From: Microbotryum violaceum
Lineage: Eukaryota
NCBI GenBank assembly: GCA_001244265.2
Contig: CDLV01000006.1
Span: forward strand, 744,001-808,000
Length of the DNA: 64,000 bases
Direction of reading: 5' to 3'
Shown here: positions 1 through 17,739 of the stretch, piece by piece
Layout of the letters: each line of letters opens with the position of its first letter
Position numbering within the stretch: the stretch's first letter is position 1
The notes under the pieces: model-generated
The model's input: only the letters and a program-made list of their open reading frames with translations
Databases searched by the model: none
Told to the model about the DNA's origin: nothing
Translations under genes and position numbers: made by a program

Positions 1-37
1 TCCTCTTGGTTCCTCAGACGCATTCTTGGAATCCATC

Positions 38-4927
<4,890 letters not shown>

Positions 4928-6113
4928 TTCGCGATTGGCCCTTCGGAATGACCTCTTTCTTTCCTCCTTCTCGCGAGGATCGACACCACTCTTCTCTTCT
5001 CCTTTTTGACGGGAAATTGACGTTTGTTCTGTTTTCTCCTTTTGATGATGACCCAAAAATTACTTCTCTTGATCTTTCGGTATTTCTCTTGAGCCACCTG
5101 GTCCCGCCCCTCTCGTCTCGACTTTGCCTCCTCTATTCGCTCTTACGTTTGATTTGTCTCCTTTTCCCCTGCCTTAATGGATGCACGAATACCGTAAAGA
5201 GAGCCTTTCATGGTGTATCGATGAGTGATAGGGAAGGTTTTTGCCGCGCACTCATTGAGATAAGCCGTGTATCGAGCCGATCACTGCGCAGTGCCAGGAA
5301 TAGCTCAGGCCAACACGAGCTTACTTTACAACATGGGTGGCGGTGGTGGTAACGATGGTGGCGTTCGATCGACTCGGTCTTTTACCAATAGTTCTGTCAA
5401 TTGAACAAACATTCAGGAGTTGTTCTGGTAGCGAGGTCTCTGCAACCTACCTGAGTCCACTTTCACAGGCGAGAAAACTTGCTTCCGCCGGCGACCGCGG
5501 TGTTGGTGTGGGTGGGGGCCCGGGGGGGACTCCACCGCGGACCTCTTGGGACGGCACAGACCAGCAGTTCTGTGCCGCAGAGATGAACTGATCAGGATCA
5601 TCTACGATGTTAAAATAGGGTATTGCTATCGCTGTACTCGCCTTTGGAGAGCGACCCTCGATCAGTCCTCAACTTGGTGGCAAGCTGAGGAGCAGCGGGC
5701 AGCCGGCTTGGAAGGCTCAGTCGCTCGGCTGGACCGAGTCGCACGACCAATTGCGGATATGATACGATTCGACCCTGCTCGAGTTTGCCTTCCGAAGTGA
5801 TAATGAGTGTGTTGAAGGCGTACTTGCTCGTTCCAAGCAGGAGTGAGAGGCGTGACTCGCGAGACACACAGGTCGACCTTGGCAGTTGGTTGACTTCAAG
5901 CTCGGCGAAGTCGAACCGAATGATCGGCATTCTGCGCGGCGGGTCTCGTCGCTCGCCAAATGCAGGCATGTCGATCACTCGAGTGGATCCAGACCCATCG
6001 CCCGAGGCCTGTGCCTCAACGTACAAACACCAACTTCGAGTGATATGTTTACAAGCACTCCTATTCTTTTTCGAGTGTATGACGGCCGCTACACGAAACA
6101 TTCTTAATTATCT

Positions 6114-8133
6114 TCAAGAGTTGACCCTCGCACTTTGGTCGTCCTCGGCTCGAACTCGCCAAATATCCCAAGCCCATTGGAAGAGTGCGTTGTCCGCCGC
6201 ACCGACCCAAGGTCGCACCTCGTACATCCACGGGATAGGCTGGTCCTCCCTCACCCAGTGTCTGTAAGTGAAACACGCAAGACGTGTCCTGGGGATCAGC
6301 AAGCATCGAACGCCACGCACTCCGCCACATCAAAACTTAAGTGCTCACCTCCCATCGGTCGATGTCTCGGGTCTCGCATCCGTCAAACGATAGTAGTCAA
6401 TGAAATCAACCTTGAGCAAAGGGAACCGTTCTCTAAAGATCCCTAGGGCTCTCTGAGCCAAGATTCCATGATGCCGCAAACCCCTCCTCTTGAACATATT
6501 ATAGCACACGATCCCCGGACTGACGGACGGGGTCGAGGCCCAGATGATGTGGACCGAAGGCGAGGTGACGGCTTGGACGTAATCCAGTAACTCGGAGACA
6601 CGTTGTATGTATGCTTCTTCGCCGATGAGGGCGAGCCATAGACCCACATTCACGATGACGTGCGTGAGGGGGGGAACGCCTGGACCGACGAGGTCGGCTA
6701 GCGTGTCTTGCCACTTGTCGAACTCGTCCGTGAGGAAGCGCTGGCTGAAGCGGACAACACCTCGATGTGTATCCTTGGTGATGTTAGAAAAAGAGTACTC
6801 GAATGTCTTGGAAGAATAATGATACGTCTTCAGGTCGTCCGAATAGAGGCAGTTCCCTCCGATTTGTCCGTCGTGGAGTGAAGGGTAGAGATGGCCGCAA
6901 AAGGACGTGCGCAGGATCGAGTCGCCAATGTAGGCGACATGCTTGACCGAAGGAAGCTCTTCCAGCGAATGTTTCACGTCGAGTCGCGTTTGCTTGCACC
7001 GATAGGGGACGTAGATGTATTGATCGGTTGTGGTGAGGTTCGTGTCTGCAGGCGAGACGATTATGGGTCAGCGGCAGATTCTCATTCTCGAGGGAAACGC
7101 CGAGTGGATACTTGCCTTGATCCTGCAAGTGACTTTGAAGCCATGGTGTGAGGCGGTACTTGGGATTGATGTGGGGAACACTGATCCACCTGCCGTGTGC
7201 CGGGCCCTCATAGTCAACCGTGGTGCACTCTCGGAACCCGTCCGAGACGAGCCGGGAAGATTTTGGAGCTTCGACAACGTGCAATGGCCGTTGCCCACTC
7301 CCCTTGACGGTCCAATGCTGATCATTTTCCGAACAATCCGGGTTCCCAATCACTTCCGGGGTGATCCAAATATCGTAAAACCCGGCCTGGATCAACGTGT
7401 GCCTGATCTCGGTCGTTCCTGTCTTGAGATCATGTTTGTAGAGCGCTGGGTTTGACGGTACCGCTTCGGAGACCGGTCCGCGGAAGTGCACGACGTATTG
7501 CGGACTGCACTCTTCTGTGCCGACGATGGTCGCGTCGCATTGAACGGTGAGGGTGAAGGGTTCCCCGGCCTGGGCTGTCCATGCAACCTCGTCTGTGGGG
7601 TGATTCAAGGTAAAGGGTCCTGCGTTGAAGATAAAAATATTGGCGTTCAGCTGGGCCTCTTACATAGTGAAATTGAGTATTTAGACAGAGCTATGTTGCT
7701 ACTGACCCCAGTTGACTTTCCCTCGATCGAGCAAACTCTGTCCAGGGGTTTTGACATACACGGTCGGATCGAGTAAATCGAACACGACCGGCGATGACTT
7801 TGCCCACCACCAGTCGCTCGGACCGGACGTTCGAAAGAGCGTGTAGGAAGCGTAGAGGAGGTAAAGCATAATCGATGGGACTACCATACGTCTCCATTTA
7901 CCATGTTTGAACTCGTGGACCCAGCTGTGGGATTGCGGGGAGGTGTTCGGGGACGCGGGAGGATAGTCATGCGTTAAGTTGTGTTGGGACTCATCGAACC
8001 TCGTCCGGTTGAGCGCCTCCTCGTCGCCAAACGCAAACGAGTCGTTTCTCGCATCTTTGCTTTCTTCATCAAGAAAAGGTACGTCTTCCTGCCCCTCTAG
8101 ATCATCCGTACGCTTGCCTCGTGACACCGGCAT
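6114..8133 (-). CDS. Type II membrane protein with Ig-like domain and SGNH/PC-esterase-like domain (putative O-acyltransferase/esterase)
   Basis: N-terminal TM segment (MVVPSIMLYLLYASYTLF), beta-rich region, VAYIGDSILRTSFC (GDS motif), NVGLW, and DGR|H (DxxH) across the last intron; canonical introns. Confidence 0.75.
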
Positions 8134-8563
8134 GGTGCTCAAGGATTGGAGAGCACGCAGAGCACAATCCGACTTTAGGGGTCGGAGGACGAATGAGTCG
8201 GCTGGAGCCTAGATACGGGTTAGGAAGTCTCAAGCCCGGTAAGTCTTCGCTGGCGATTGTACGTCGAGGCAAGACCTGACGATTGATCCGTGTGCAGGTG
8301 TAAGAGGTGGTTGTGTGGACCGAATCGGTGCGATGAAGGAGGACAGCCAAACTGCCAAAGCGGATCGGAGCTCCCTCGGCTGCCCTCGGCCGGCACAGGC
8401 CGGCACAACCTCGAGCTTGGCTCACGTGACCAGCGGCCGTGTGAGCTCCGGCCTCGGCCTCAATCGGAGATCACGGCCGTGGAGGAACGGCCAAATGCGC
8501 GAATCGGACCATCGGATTGCAGCAAATCACAACTGCCTACTATGAACTACCACACTAAGCCCA

Positions 8564-10469
8564 CTATACAGGCCATCGAATCTCCCTTTCCTCTTGGTCC
8601 CTGAACCTCCATACATCCCATGCCCATTCCAACATGGCATCATCTGCCGACCCGACCAGCGGTCGCATCTTGCTCACCGTTTCGAAATCACTTTTCATCG
8701 CCCAGTGTCTGAGCAGCACGAAGACAAGTTGAATCAGTCAAAGCCTCATCAGAGCATGTTGGGGGGAACGCTTAGCTCACCTCCCATCCGTCGAGGTCTC
8801 GGGTCTCGCATCCGTCAACCTGAAATGATCGACAAAATCGACACGAAGCTTCGGATCCGTCTCTTTGAAATCCTTCAAGATGCGCTGCGCCAACATTGAA
8901 TGATCCTTCAAAGTCACTCTCTTGTACGCCTCGAAGAAATTGACCCCGGGCCTGACGGACGGCGTCGAAGGCCCAATGATGCGCAGCGGAACCGACGACT
9001 TCGAGGTGTGGAGCATCGACGTGACGAGACGGAGCGCATCGGTGACACGGTCCATGTAGCCCGCTTCGCGCCAGGTGACGAACCAAACCCCGACGTTGAG
9101 CACGAGTTGTGTCACAAGTACGTCCGCACCAAGATCTTCGAGCACTTCAGGCTATGTCGAGGTGTCGCCTGTGAGAAAGCGTTGACTGAATTTGATGCTC
9201 GTTCGATCCCCATTGGGTGCTGCAAGGACGTGTTCAAACGTTTTGGCCGTATGCCTCGAGGTCTTGGGGTCGTCGGGCGTACAGCCGCAACCGAATGATC
9301 CGTTGTGGAGAGAAGGATAGAGCTGACCGCAGGAGGAGGTGCGCAGTATCGAGTCGCCAACATAAGCGACGTGCCGTACCGAAAGGAATGCTTCGACCGA
9401 CGCCGCCACGTCGAGTGCTTTCCTCTTGCACCGGTACGGCGCATAATCGTATTCCGCTAGCGAGGTGTTGAGAGAATTTGTGACAAGGAATGTACTGAGG
9501 ATCTGGCTCGAGGAAGGGAGTTTGGCTCGAGTACCAAGTAGCTACCATGTGCTCACATTGCTTGTGCAAACACTGCGCACCCACGCGGTCCCTCGATACT
9601 CCTCTCGGACATGCCTCAAACTGACCCATCCGCCGCTTCCGGACCTTCATAATCTGCGGCATCGCATTCCTTCATCTCGTCCACGACCGTCGAATCGACG
9701 GAGGGCAAGACGTGCAGAGTCGCGTGCCCGCTCCCCTTAACGTACCAGTGCCGATTCTCGTCCGGGCACGAAGGGTGGTTCGGATCGCCCCTGACGCCCT
9801 CGGGTAGAATCCATAGATCATACACGCCCGCTTAGGTTACGGTGACCTTGATTTGGGTCCTTCCGCGTGCAGAATTGTGTTGGTACAGGCTCGGGATTGA
9901 AGGCACGGCTTCGGCGACGGGGCCACGGAGGTAGATGATGTATTGGGGACATACGGGCTTGCCGACGACGTCGGCGTCGCATTGGACCACGAGGGGAAAG
10001 ACGTGACCGGCTTTGACGGTCCACTTTGTTTCTTCGGGCACGATCAAGCTATGCGGACCTATCAAAGGTGGGGAGCACGGGTGCGTGAGCGGTTCCGCTA
10101 AGAATGGGGCAGTATTCCCTCAATCACAGGTCAACTCACCCCATTCGACGTGATTTTGATCCAAGAGGCTCGCACCACCCACCTTGACGTACAGATACGG
10201 ATCCAGGAGGTCAAGAATGACCTCTCGCGGCGGATGTAGTGGTGGAGGAGCGGAGAAGAAATCGAGTGCTGCACGTTCAAGGCTTGGCGAAAGCAGCCAC
10301 CAAAGCAAGAGGAGGGTCAGGGTCAAAGCCAGGCCCGCACAGCTAGTCGAGCTTGTTCGAAGGCGAAAGACGATATATGGTGACGACTGTTAGCTTCGGC
10401 TTCGTCCTCTTCGTCGGAGTCTTGTTCGTTGCATCCATGTTCGGGGTTGCGTTCGAAGCGGATTTGCAT
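8564..10469 (-). pseudogene. Tandem paralog of the 6114-8133 gene, disrupted
   Basis: Same motifs (DLLDPYLYVK, RGPVAEAVP, VAYVGDSILRTS, FSQRFLT, RLTDARPETSTDGR|HW) and matching introns, but TAG at a Trp position (9152-9154), TAA at a Gln position (9832-9834), and frameshifts near 9635 and 10325. Confidence 0.8.
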
Positions 10470-10970
10470 TCGATCTCGAGAAGAGAAAGCAAAAACGAGA
10501 TCGGACCGAAGTAGTCGGCGACCGGCGATCGCTGCACGGCCTGCGAGCGAAGGCCGGACGCCGAGGCTTTTCTTGTGAGCTGCATTGTAGGGCGCGTAAG
10601 GGTGTATGGTCTCGAAAGTCAGCTCCACGATGACGCTTTCGAACTCATTATCGAATGGACTCACCTCGTGCTTTGCGGTGGGGATTGAAGTTCCGAGGGC
10701 TCCCAGCTGATGGGTTCTGATCGGGTCCCGGTGCAGCGGATGGCAGGAGCGGGAACCCTTAAAATCGCCGGGAAGCGCGCCGATCGAATGTGGGGGGACA
10801 TTCTGTAATGCGGCAATTAGCGCAACAAGTAATCAACAGTGGGTGGTCTAGTAGGCCCGTGCGTCTCTCCCCACACTCTCACCTCACGAGCGGAACGTCG
10901 AGCGTAGAAGGCGCACCGTGCACGTGACCAACGAGGGGCGTGGTCAAGGGAGGACCCACAGCACCATAGC

Positions 10971-13900
10971 ATGTTCAACAAGACTGCGCCACCGATGCCT
11001 TCCAGCTCTCTCGGGTCGTTCAACCATGGCAACGGCAACGGCAACGGTAACGGTCTCGCTGCCTCGGGCTCGACCCCCGCCGCCTCGACCTCGACCTCGA
11101 ACCCGAGTCACGCCAACAACACCGCGGGGGCCTATGCGAAGGGCAACGGCAGCATCACCTCGTCGTCACAAGCACCCGATCCGGTCAAACGAAGCGTCGT
11201 GCCTGTCGTGCTCATTATCGACCCTTCGATCAGGTCCATAGCCCAGCCCTACACCTCGCTCGTGATATCGTACGTTCCCTCCTGGCATGGAACGATCAAC
11301 ACAAGACTGACCAATCCCCTCCTCTCTACACCTACAGCACACTACAGCTGCTACATCCGACCGCGCAGGTACGTCTGACTCGGGTCTCGCACCCACCTCC
11401 TTTGCGCGTTCCTATGTCCATCATCACTGCAGCCAGCTGACCGCGGCTCGACTCCCCTCCGCAGCTGCTCGTCACCGCACTGCAACCCGGACCCTATCCT
11501 GCGACGATCCACCCTCTCCAACCTCCGGCTGCCTTTCTCGCCTCTCTCCCTTCGATCGTCAAGCGACCCGCACGACCGTCGCACGCGACCTCGCTGTGGC
11601 GCTCGCCTGGATCGCACCTTCTCCACGCGATACGCACCGCGCGCAAGCTCATCCAAGCCCAGATCGTCGGCTCGTCGACGGTCCAGACCCAGCTGCCGCG
11701 CTACATCGTCGTCATCACCGCGACCGACCTCTACAACAACGGCGAAGGCGATGAGCTCTGGCTCGATGACGATGCCGACGAGCTCGAATCGTGGGAGTCG
11801 GTCGGGAAAACCTTTACCAAGGACCCGCATGCCACGACCCTCTTGTCCGTCATCACCCTCGGCAATACCCCCAACCTCGAGGCCTTTTGGAAGATTGTGC
11901 GTTATTTTTTTCCGCCGAGAGCAGAGCGGAGATGGTATGGGAGCGATCGTGGGCTGACCATCCGAAGATTTCCTTCTGTTGACTCGTTTAGTCTTCGAGT
12001 CGCTTCCCTCCGGGCTTGATCTACAACTCGACCGTCCCTTCTCCTGCGGTTCCCTTCACCTTTCCGCTCTACGCACCGGGGCATGCGTGCTTCCTGCTCG
12101 GGTTCTATAATGCCCGATCGGTGGCGGCATCGAATGCGGCCCTGCCCAGCAGTGGACCTCCGACGCCGCAGACCGTCTCAACCCCGAACGCGGCCTTGAA
12201 CAAGCGACCCGCAGAGTCTTCTACCACAACGTCTGCGACCACGAACATGACAAGTGGCAACACGGGCTCGGCAACGAACAAAAAGATCAAACCCAACCCC
12301 AACCCGTCCTTGAGTTCGCCCGCGCTCGCGCCCGCCCCCTTTGCAACGACGCAGTCCAACGCCACCACGGCCGCGAACCCCGTCAAGACGGGTCCGGCGA
12401 CGGCGAATAATGCTTCGTTGGTCCCCTTGTCGCTACCCCCGGGTCTGTCGACTGAAGCGATTCAGGCTTACGTCGCCGAATTGCGAGCGATCGCGGTGCG
12501 CAACTCGACGGCCCCACCGACGCTCGCCGACGTCCAGGCCATGGTCAACGCCTACGCCGCACAACAACAACAGCAACAACAATCACAACAACAACAACAG
12601 CAGCAGCAGCAGCAGACGTCTGCGCAGTCGGCTGCGGCGGGGTCGTTTATGACGGGGTCCGCAGCGGCGGGCGGGCGATCAGTACCGGCACCAGCACCCG
12701 ACCCGACACCACAGCAAATGCAAGCGCAGTTTCAGCAAATGCGCCAGCAGCAACAGCAACAGCAACAGCAACAAAACTACCCGGGTGCCGGGACGACGTC
12801 GTTGTTGGGGATCACCAGCGTGTCCGAGCTCACGCCCGCGCAAATGCAGAGCCTGCCGAGCATCCCCGAGGACATGAGGAGCAAGATCGAGGCGCACCTC
12901 AACCTCATCCGCGAGCAGGTCCGCGGCCGCAAGTTGACCGAGGAGGAAGGGCATGCGAGGATCCGCAAGTTGCAGGAGTTGGCCAACAGGTTCGTGCACG
13001 AGCGCGTTCGCGCAGACGGTGGCTAGGAACTGATGTCCTCGTTGTTTTCATTTCCCATCAGTTCGCGGCTCCACGCGGCTCAGCAAGCCGAAAGAGAGAG
13101 ACTGTCGTCGCAAGGCAGCAGCGCTCTGGTCCAACAACAGCAAGCCGCCGCCATCGCCGCCGCGGCCGCACGAGGCCGTGGGCCACCACCGGCCAACACC
13201 TCTTCGCAGCTACCACCGTCGCAGGTTCCCTTCCAGGCCACAGTGGCTTCAACGTCGACGACGAACTATGGCCAACCGCCTGGAGCGAACGCTTACCCCG
13301 CTTCCTCCCCTACGCTTCCGGGGGCATCATCGACGGCGACCCCACAGGCTCCGACGCCAAATGTTGTCCCGGCCTCGCCGAGAACGGTGTGGAAAGGCGG
13401 CATCTCGTGGGCGTTGAACGAAGGCAGCGGCAACAAGCAGGATTTCACCATGTACTGCGCCATGACACCGATGACACCCGCTTCGGTGCAGGAGCTGTAC
13501 GTCATAGTCTGTGGCTTCCCTGTTGGCGAACGATGAGGCTGATGGTCTGAGAGTCTATTATTTCTTTTCATCCACCAGAGCCGAAATTAAGCTGCCGCAA
13601 CAGATCCGCATCTCAAACCTCGCATCCATCGAATTGTCGACGTTGCAAGGGCTGGCGGGCAAGCATCGGTTGGCAACGGCGAGCTTATCGGCCTTGCCGA
13701 ACGATAGCCTCCCACCCGAGTTGCGCGGCAAGCAGATCGCGATGGGGGCCGACAACGAGCGGTTGTACACCATGTTTGCGCAGAGCATGGAACAGCGTGC
13801 CCAGGTAAGCCGTTCGTCGTCTCTTCGAGTCGGGTCCGAGGAGGCTCCCAGTCGCTAAACGCTCCCGCTCTTGTCTTCTTGCATTCGTAGTGCGGCATCA

Positions 13901-14120
13901 TCCGGTTCGGTCAACTTAACCAAGGCTTGGTCATGGTTGCCGTGCCCAAGCAACTCAAGTTCATCGCCATCTTCTTTACGCGTGTACCTCTGCTCGATGA
14001 ATGGATCAATCCGCCTCCGACGGCGGCGACAACGTCGAAGACTTCTCCGCAAGTATCGAGACCTCTACCGATTGTACCGACGAATGCAGCTCAGCTCCAA
14101 GCGCAGCAACAACAGCAACA

Positions 14121-14170
<50 letters not shown>

Positions 14171-14466
14171 TCCAGCAACAGCAACATATCTTACAACAAC
14201 AGCAGCTGCAACATCAGCAGCAGCAAAAGCAGCAGCAACAGCAGCAGCAACAAGCACAAGCGGGGATGTTTGCCACGCCGCAATTCAACATCAACCAGTT
14301 CTTGGCTGCGCAACAGCAACAACAACAACAACAACACCAGATGTACGGCGTACCCCCATCAGGGGGTTCGATGGCGATGCCCCAGCAGGGACAGCTCTCG
14401 GCGAGCGAATTCGCCGAGTTGCAGAGGTTGTTGGGTGGTGCTGCGGGAGGCTCGGGGTCGGGATGA
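10971..14466 (+). CDS. MED25: Mediator subunit 25-like protein (VWA domain, Q-rich linker, ACID/PTOV-like domain, polyQ tail)
   Basis: Spliced N-terminus PVVLIIDPS...RYIVVITATDLY...LLSVITLGNTPNLEAFWK...PGHACFLLGF resembles the Med25 VWA domain; VWKGGISW...LPQQIRI...CGIIRF...LVMVAVPKQLKFIAIFF resembles the ACID domain; long CAG/CAA runs. Confidence 0.7.
14104..14250 (+). repeat. CAG/CAA trinucleotide (polyglutamine) tract in the MED25-like gene
   Basis: Directly visible CAG/CAA runs; similar runs at about 12562-12615 and 12745-12774. Confidence 0.9.
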
Positions 14467-15693
14467 AGAGGCACAGGCCCCCAGTTGCAGTTGAGGGACC
14501 TCAGAGTGGGGGTTGATTTATTGTGGCGGGATGTTGTAATTCGTACTTGGAATGCGCAGAGGTCTGATCGTATAAGCACATGCAGCCAGCTTTGGAGTGT
14601 TGCCCTTGCTCAAAAGAAAGAAAAGGCCTCGCTGCGCATCGCGATCGTTGATGATAGGTCTCGCAGAACCCCGGTGTGATGGTTCTCAAATTAAATCACA
14701 TCAGTGGGCTTGAGGGCGTAGTGGGCGAAGGTCCTGCAACTTGAACCCTCTGGCAAGAGGTCATCGGCGCCAAAGAGCTCAGAATTCGTTTCAAGACATC
14801 CAGCCGCCAGAGTCACCGGGCTTCCGAGACCCGCATTCGGGAACAGCGTGAGTGCGATTGCCGACACGGGAGTATGTATTTGTTCAGTGCGGTAGGATGG
14901 AGCAAGGTTAGAGACCCCTTACAAAGCCCCTCGAGGGCCCTGCCGGACTCGTTTGCTGGCGGGGCGAAGTCGACCAGCGCCTCCCAACTTGAAAAACACT
15001 CCGACCCGGCGAGCAATCCGGCGATCCACTGCTTAGGTCTTGGACGAAACAGGCAAGTAGCAGTTAGAATTAATGCCATGACACGGTGCAAGGCGAATAG
15101 ACGCCGGGTCAACACAGTGAGGGCCCGCGCTCCAGCGATGAATCATCGCGACGTATCCGATCGAGGCTGAGATGCTGGAACGGCGCGGCCTTGAACGCGA
15201 GGAAATGCAGTGCAGCTCGAAGAGATCATGACCCTACTGGACTCTAGCTCCGCGATCGATCTGCTACTGCATAAACGCCCTATAGCTCGAAGAACGGGTT
15301 GAGCTTGGGGTACAGTGTCACTGTGGAAGTGCTACTGCATCCCGGATCCATCCGGTCGGCCTTGGAAGACGGTTGCACTTGCACGACTCAGCGATGCGGT
15401 ACTACCAGTGCTTATGGCCCCCATTCGAGTAGGAACGATTGTTCTTGGTGAAGGAACAAGAGCTAATTGTACACTTGTCAAGAGGTCTAGCTGCTTCTAC
15501 ACATTGAGACTCGGTCTAGACGCTCACAGACGACAGCTGAGGCTTCAACTTGTGGTGCGACCGAGTTCGCCCAGCAAGTCAGCAGGCCCCTTTCTCCCTC
15601 TCGCCTCCCAGTCATCCATCCGTTGCCTCTGCGCCTCTCCCTGTCCGTGTTCTCCCGTGCAGTTCCCGCGCCCCCAACGTTCTCATTATCGCG

Positions 15694-17582
15694 ATGTAAG
15701 CATCCCTTCATACATCACCGAGTTGGACTATGAAGCTGACCTTTGGTTTCCTTCACTCGCCCACGCTCCCCACGGGTCTCATCACATCGCAATCGACGAC
15801 GACGCGCGCCAGGCCGGCGTTGAACTATGCGCAGAACGAACGAGCGCTCTGTTTCCATGGACCATTGATCTATGAGTGCAAGGTCAGGGAAACAACCGAT
15901 GCGCAAGCCAAGGATCACGCATGTTCCGTGTACAAACACATGGTTGTACCGGTTCGCTGACCCACCCACCCCGGCCGCGATGCTGCTCGACCCGTCTCGT
16001 CGTGCAGGTGCTCGAAGCTGAGGTGTGGCCCAAGGACCATCCATCGGGCGAGAGTGGTCCCCATTTCCGGGTCCACTACAAAGGCTGGAAGAACTCGTAA
16101 GCTTCGTCATCGCAGAGACCCTTACTGCCGCCCCCCTTCCCCGCACTCAGGTCCCATACGACGCGGCGATCACGCCTACCAACTCCGCGGTGACGGTTCG
16201 ATCGAGGTACGCTGACCACCTCTTCATCTGGGGTGTGGGTGTCTTGGTTCACAGATGGGACGAATGGGTTCCCGAAGATCGACTCAAAAAGTACAACGAG
16301 GAAAACATTCGCAAGCAAAAGGCGTTGATCGAGGCGCAAAGGACGCGCGACGCCGCCGAGCGTGAACACCAGCGTCAGACCTATGCCGCCGAACAAGAGG
16401 CCAACAAACGAGGCGCTGCGGCGGCTGCGGCTGGAGGAAGTGGTGGCGGTGCAGCTGAAGGTGCGGCTGGTGCGGGGCCAACGAACGGCAGTGGTGGGAC
16501 GAGTGCCCCTTCGTCCTCGACGGGCGCGGCGACGGGAGCAGTGGCGGCAGGGGTCGCACCGGCCTCGAGTGGGGCCAACGGTGCGGCTGCATCATCTTCT
16601 ACAGCACCAGCGGCTGGTGGTCGGAACGAGGCGGCCAAGCAGCGCGGTCAGAAGAGGACGCGCGACGGCGAAGGCGAGGACGAGTACGTCAAGCGTCCCG
16701 AGATCAAGATCGTCATTCCCGACAGTCTCAAGACGCAGCTCGTCGACGACTGGGAAGCCGTCACCAAGAACCATACGGTCAGTACCCTTTTCGCTTGGCG
16801 GTGCCTTTTGCGGTGCCCGACGGAGCGGTGAGGTTGGTGAATGAGCTGCTGACACCCCAGCCACACTTTCCTCTGTCTCTAGCTTGTACCATTGCCAAGG
16901 GTACCGAACGTCGATACCATCCTCGACGAGTGGAACAAGTACTTGCAGAACGAGGATCCGGATCGCCGTCGGTACGTGATGCTGAGCTGTAGGCGCAATC
17001 CCCGTTCACCCAGGAGAACCGGGACTGACCGACTACCCTCACTGCGCAGTCTCGCCGCCGAAGTTGCCGCCGGACTAGGGATGTACTTCAACAAGGCGTT
17101 GGGAAACAACCTCTTGTACAAGTTCGAGCGAGGGCAATACGCCGAACAACTGGCCACTCTGCCGGCGGGGCGTCAACTGAGTTCCATCTATGGCGCTGAG
17201 CACTTATTGAGGCTCTTTGGTGAGCCTCCACCAACATCCCGCTCGTGAATCGCGGATGGGCCGGTCCGATTCTGATCTTTCTTTTTCGCGGATCGCTTTC
17301 ATCCACATCGCCACCACCACAGTCAACCTGCCCGAATTGCTGGCGCACACGACGATGGACCCCGAATCGGCGCTCGTGCTCAAGGAGAATATGGCCCAAT
17401 TCCTGTGGTGCGTCAGGACAAAGTTTACGGGTGCATACCACCTCTCGAACCCCTCGATCACTAACACGCGACAAGCTCCATCGTCTTTTCCTTCCCGCAG
17501 CTGGCTCGACTTGAACAAACAAATTTTGTTCGCCAAAGAATACACAGCGACCTCGTCGGGCTATCAAAACAATCACCGTTGA
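15694..17582 (+). CDS. EAF3: Chromatin modification protein Eaf3 (MRG family; chromo barrel plus MRG domain)
   Basis: ERALCFHGPLIYECK, HFRVHYKGWKN, WDEWVPEDRLKKYNEEN, LKTQLVDDWE, YFNKALGNNLLYKFERGQY, IYGAEHLLRLF; start codon appears split AT|G by intron 15696-15812. Confidence 0.95.
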
Positions 17583-17739
17583 CGCATCCACTCTTTCTTC
17601 GCGGAACACCCCCCCCATCCGTGTTTTTTCTCTGTCTCTCTTTTTTTCACCCCCTATCGAGATCGACTCTTCTCCTCTTCGATCTTTTGCATGTAATACA
17701 TTGCGATATTTTCTCTTGCCCCCCAAGATCGTAGCCTGC

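Noticed and set aside
5610..6101. 163-aa minus-strand ORF downstream of the PC-esterase gene
   Set aside because: No recognisable motif or convincing exon structure
9152..9154. TAG at a Trp position as a possible A-to-I stop-codon editing or readthrough site
   Set aside because: The same copy also has a TAA stop and two frameshifts that editing cannot repair; simple pseudogenisation explains it
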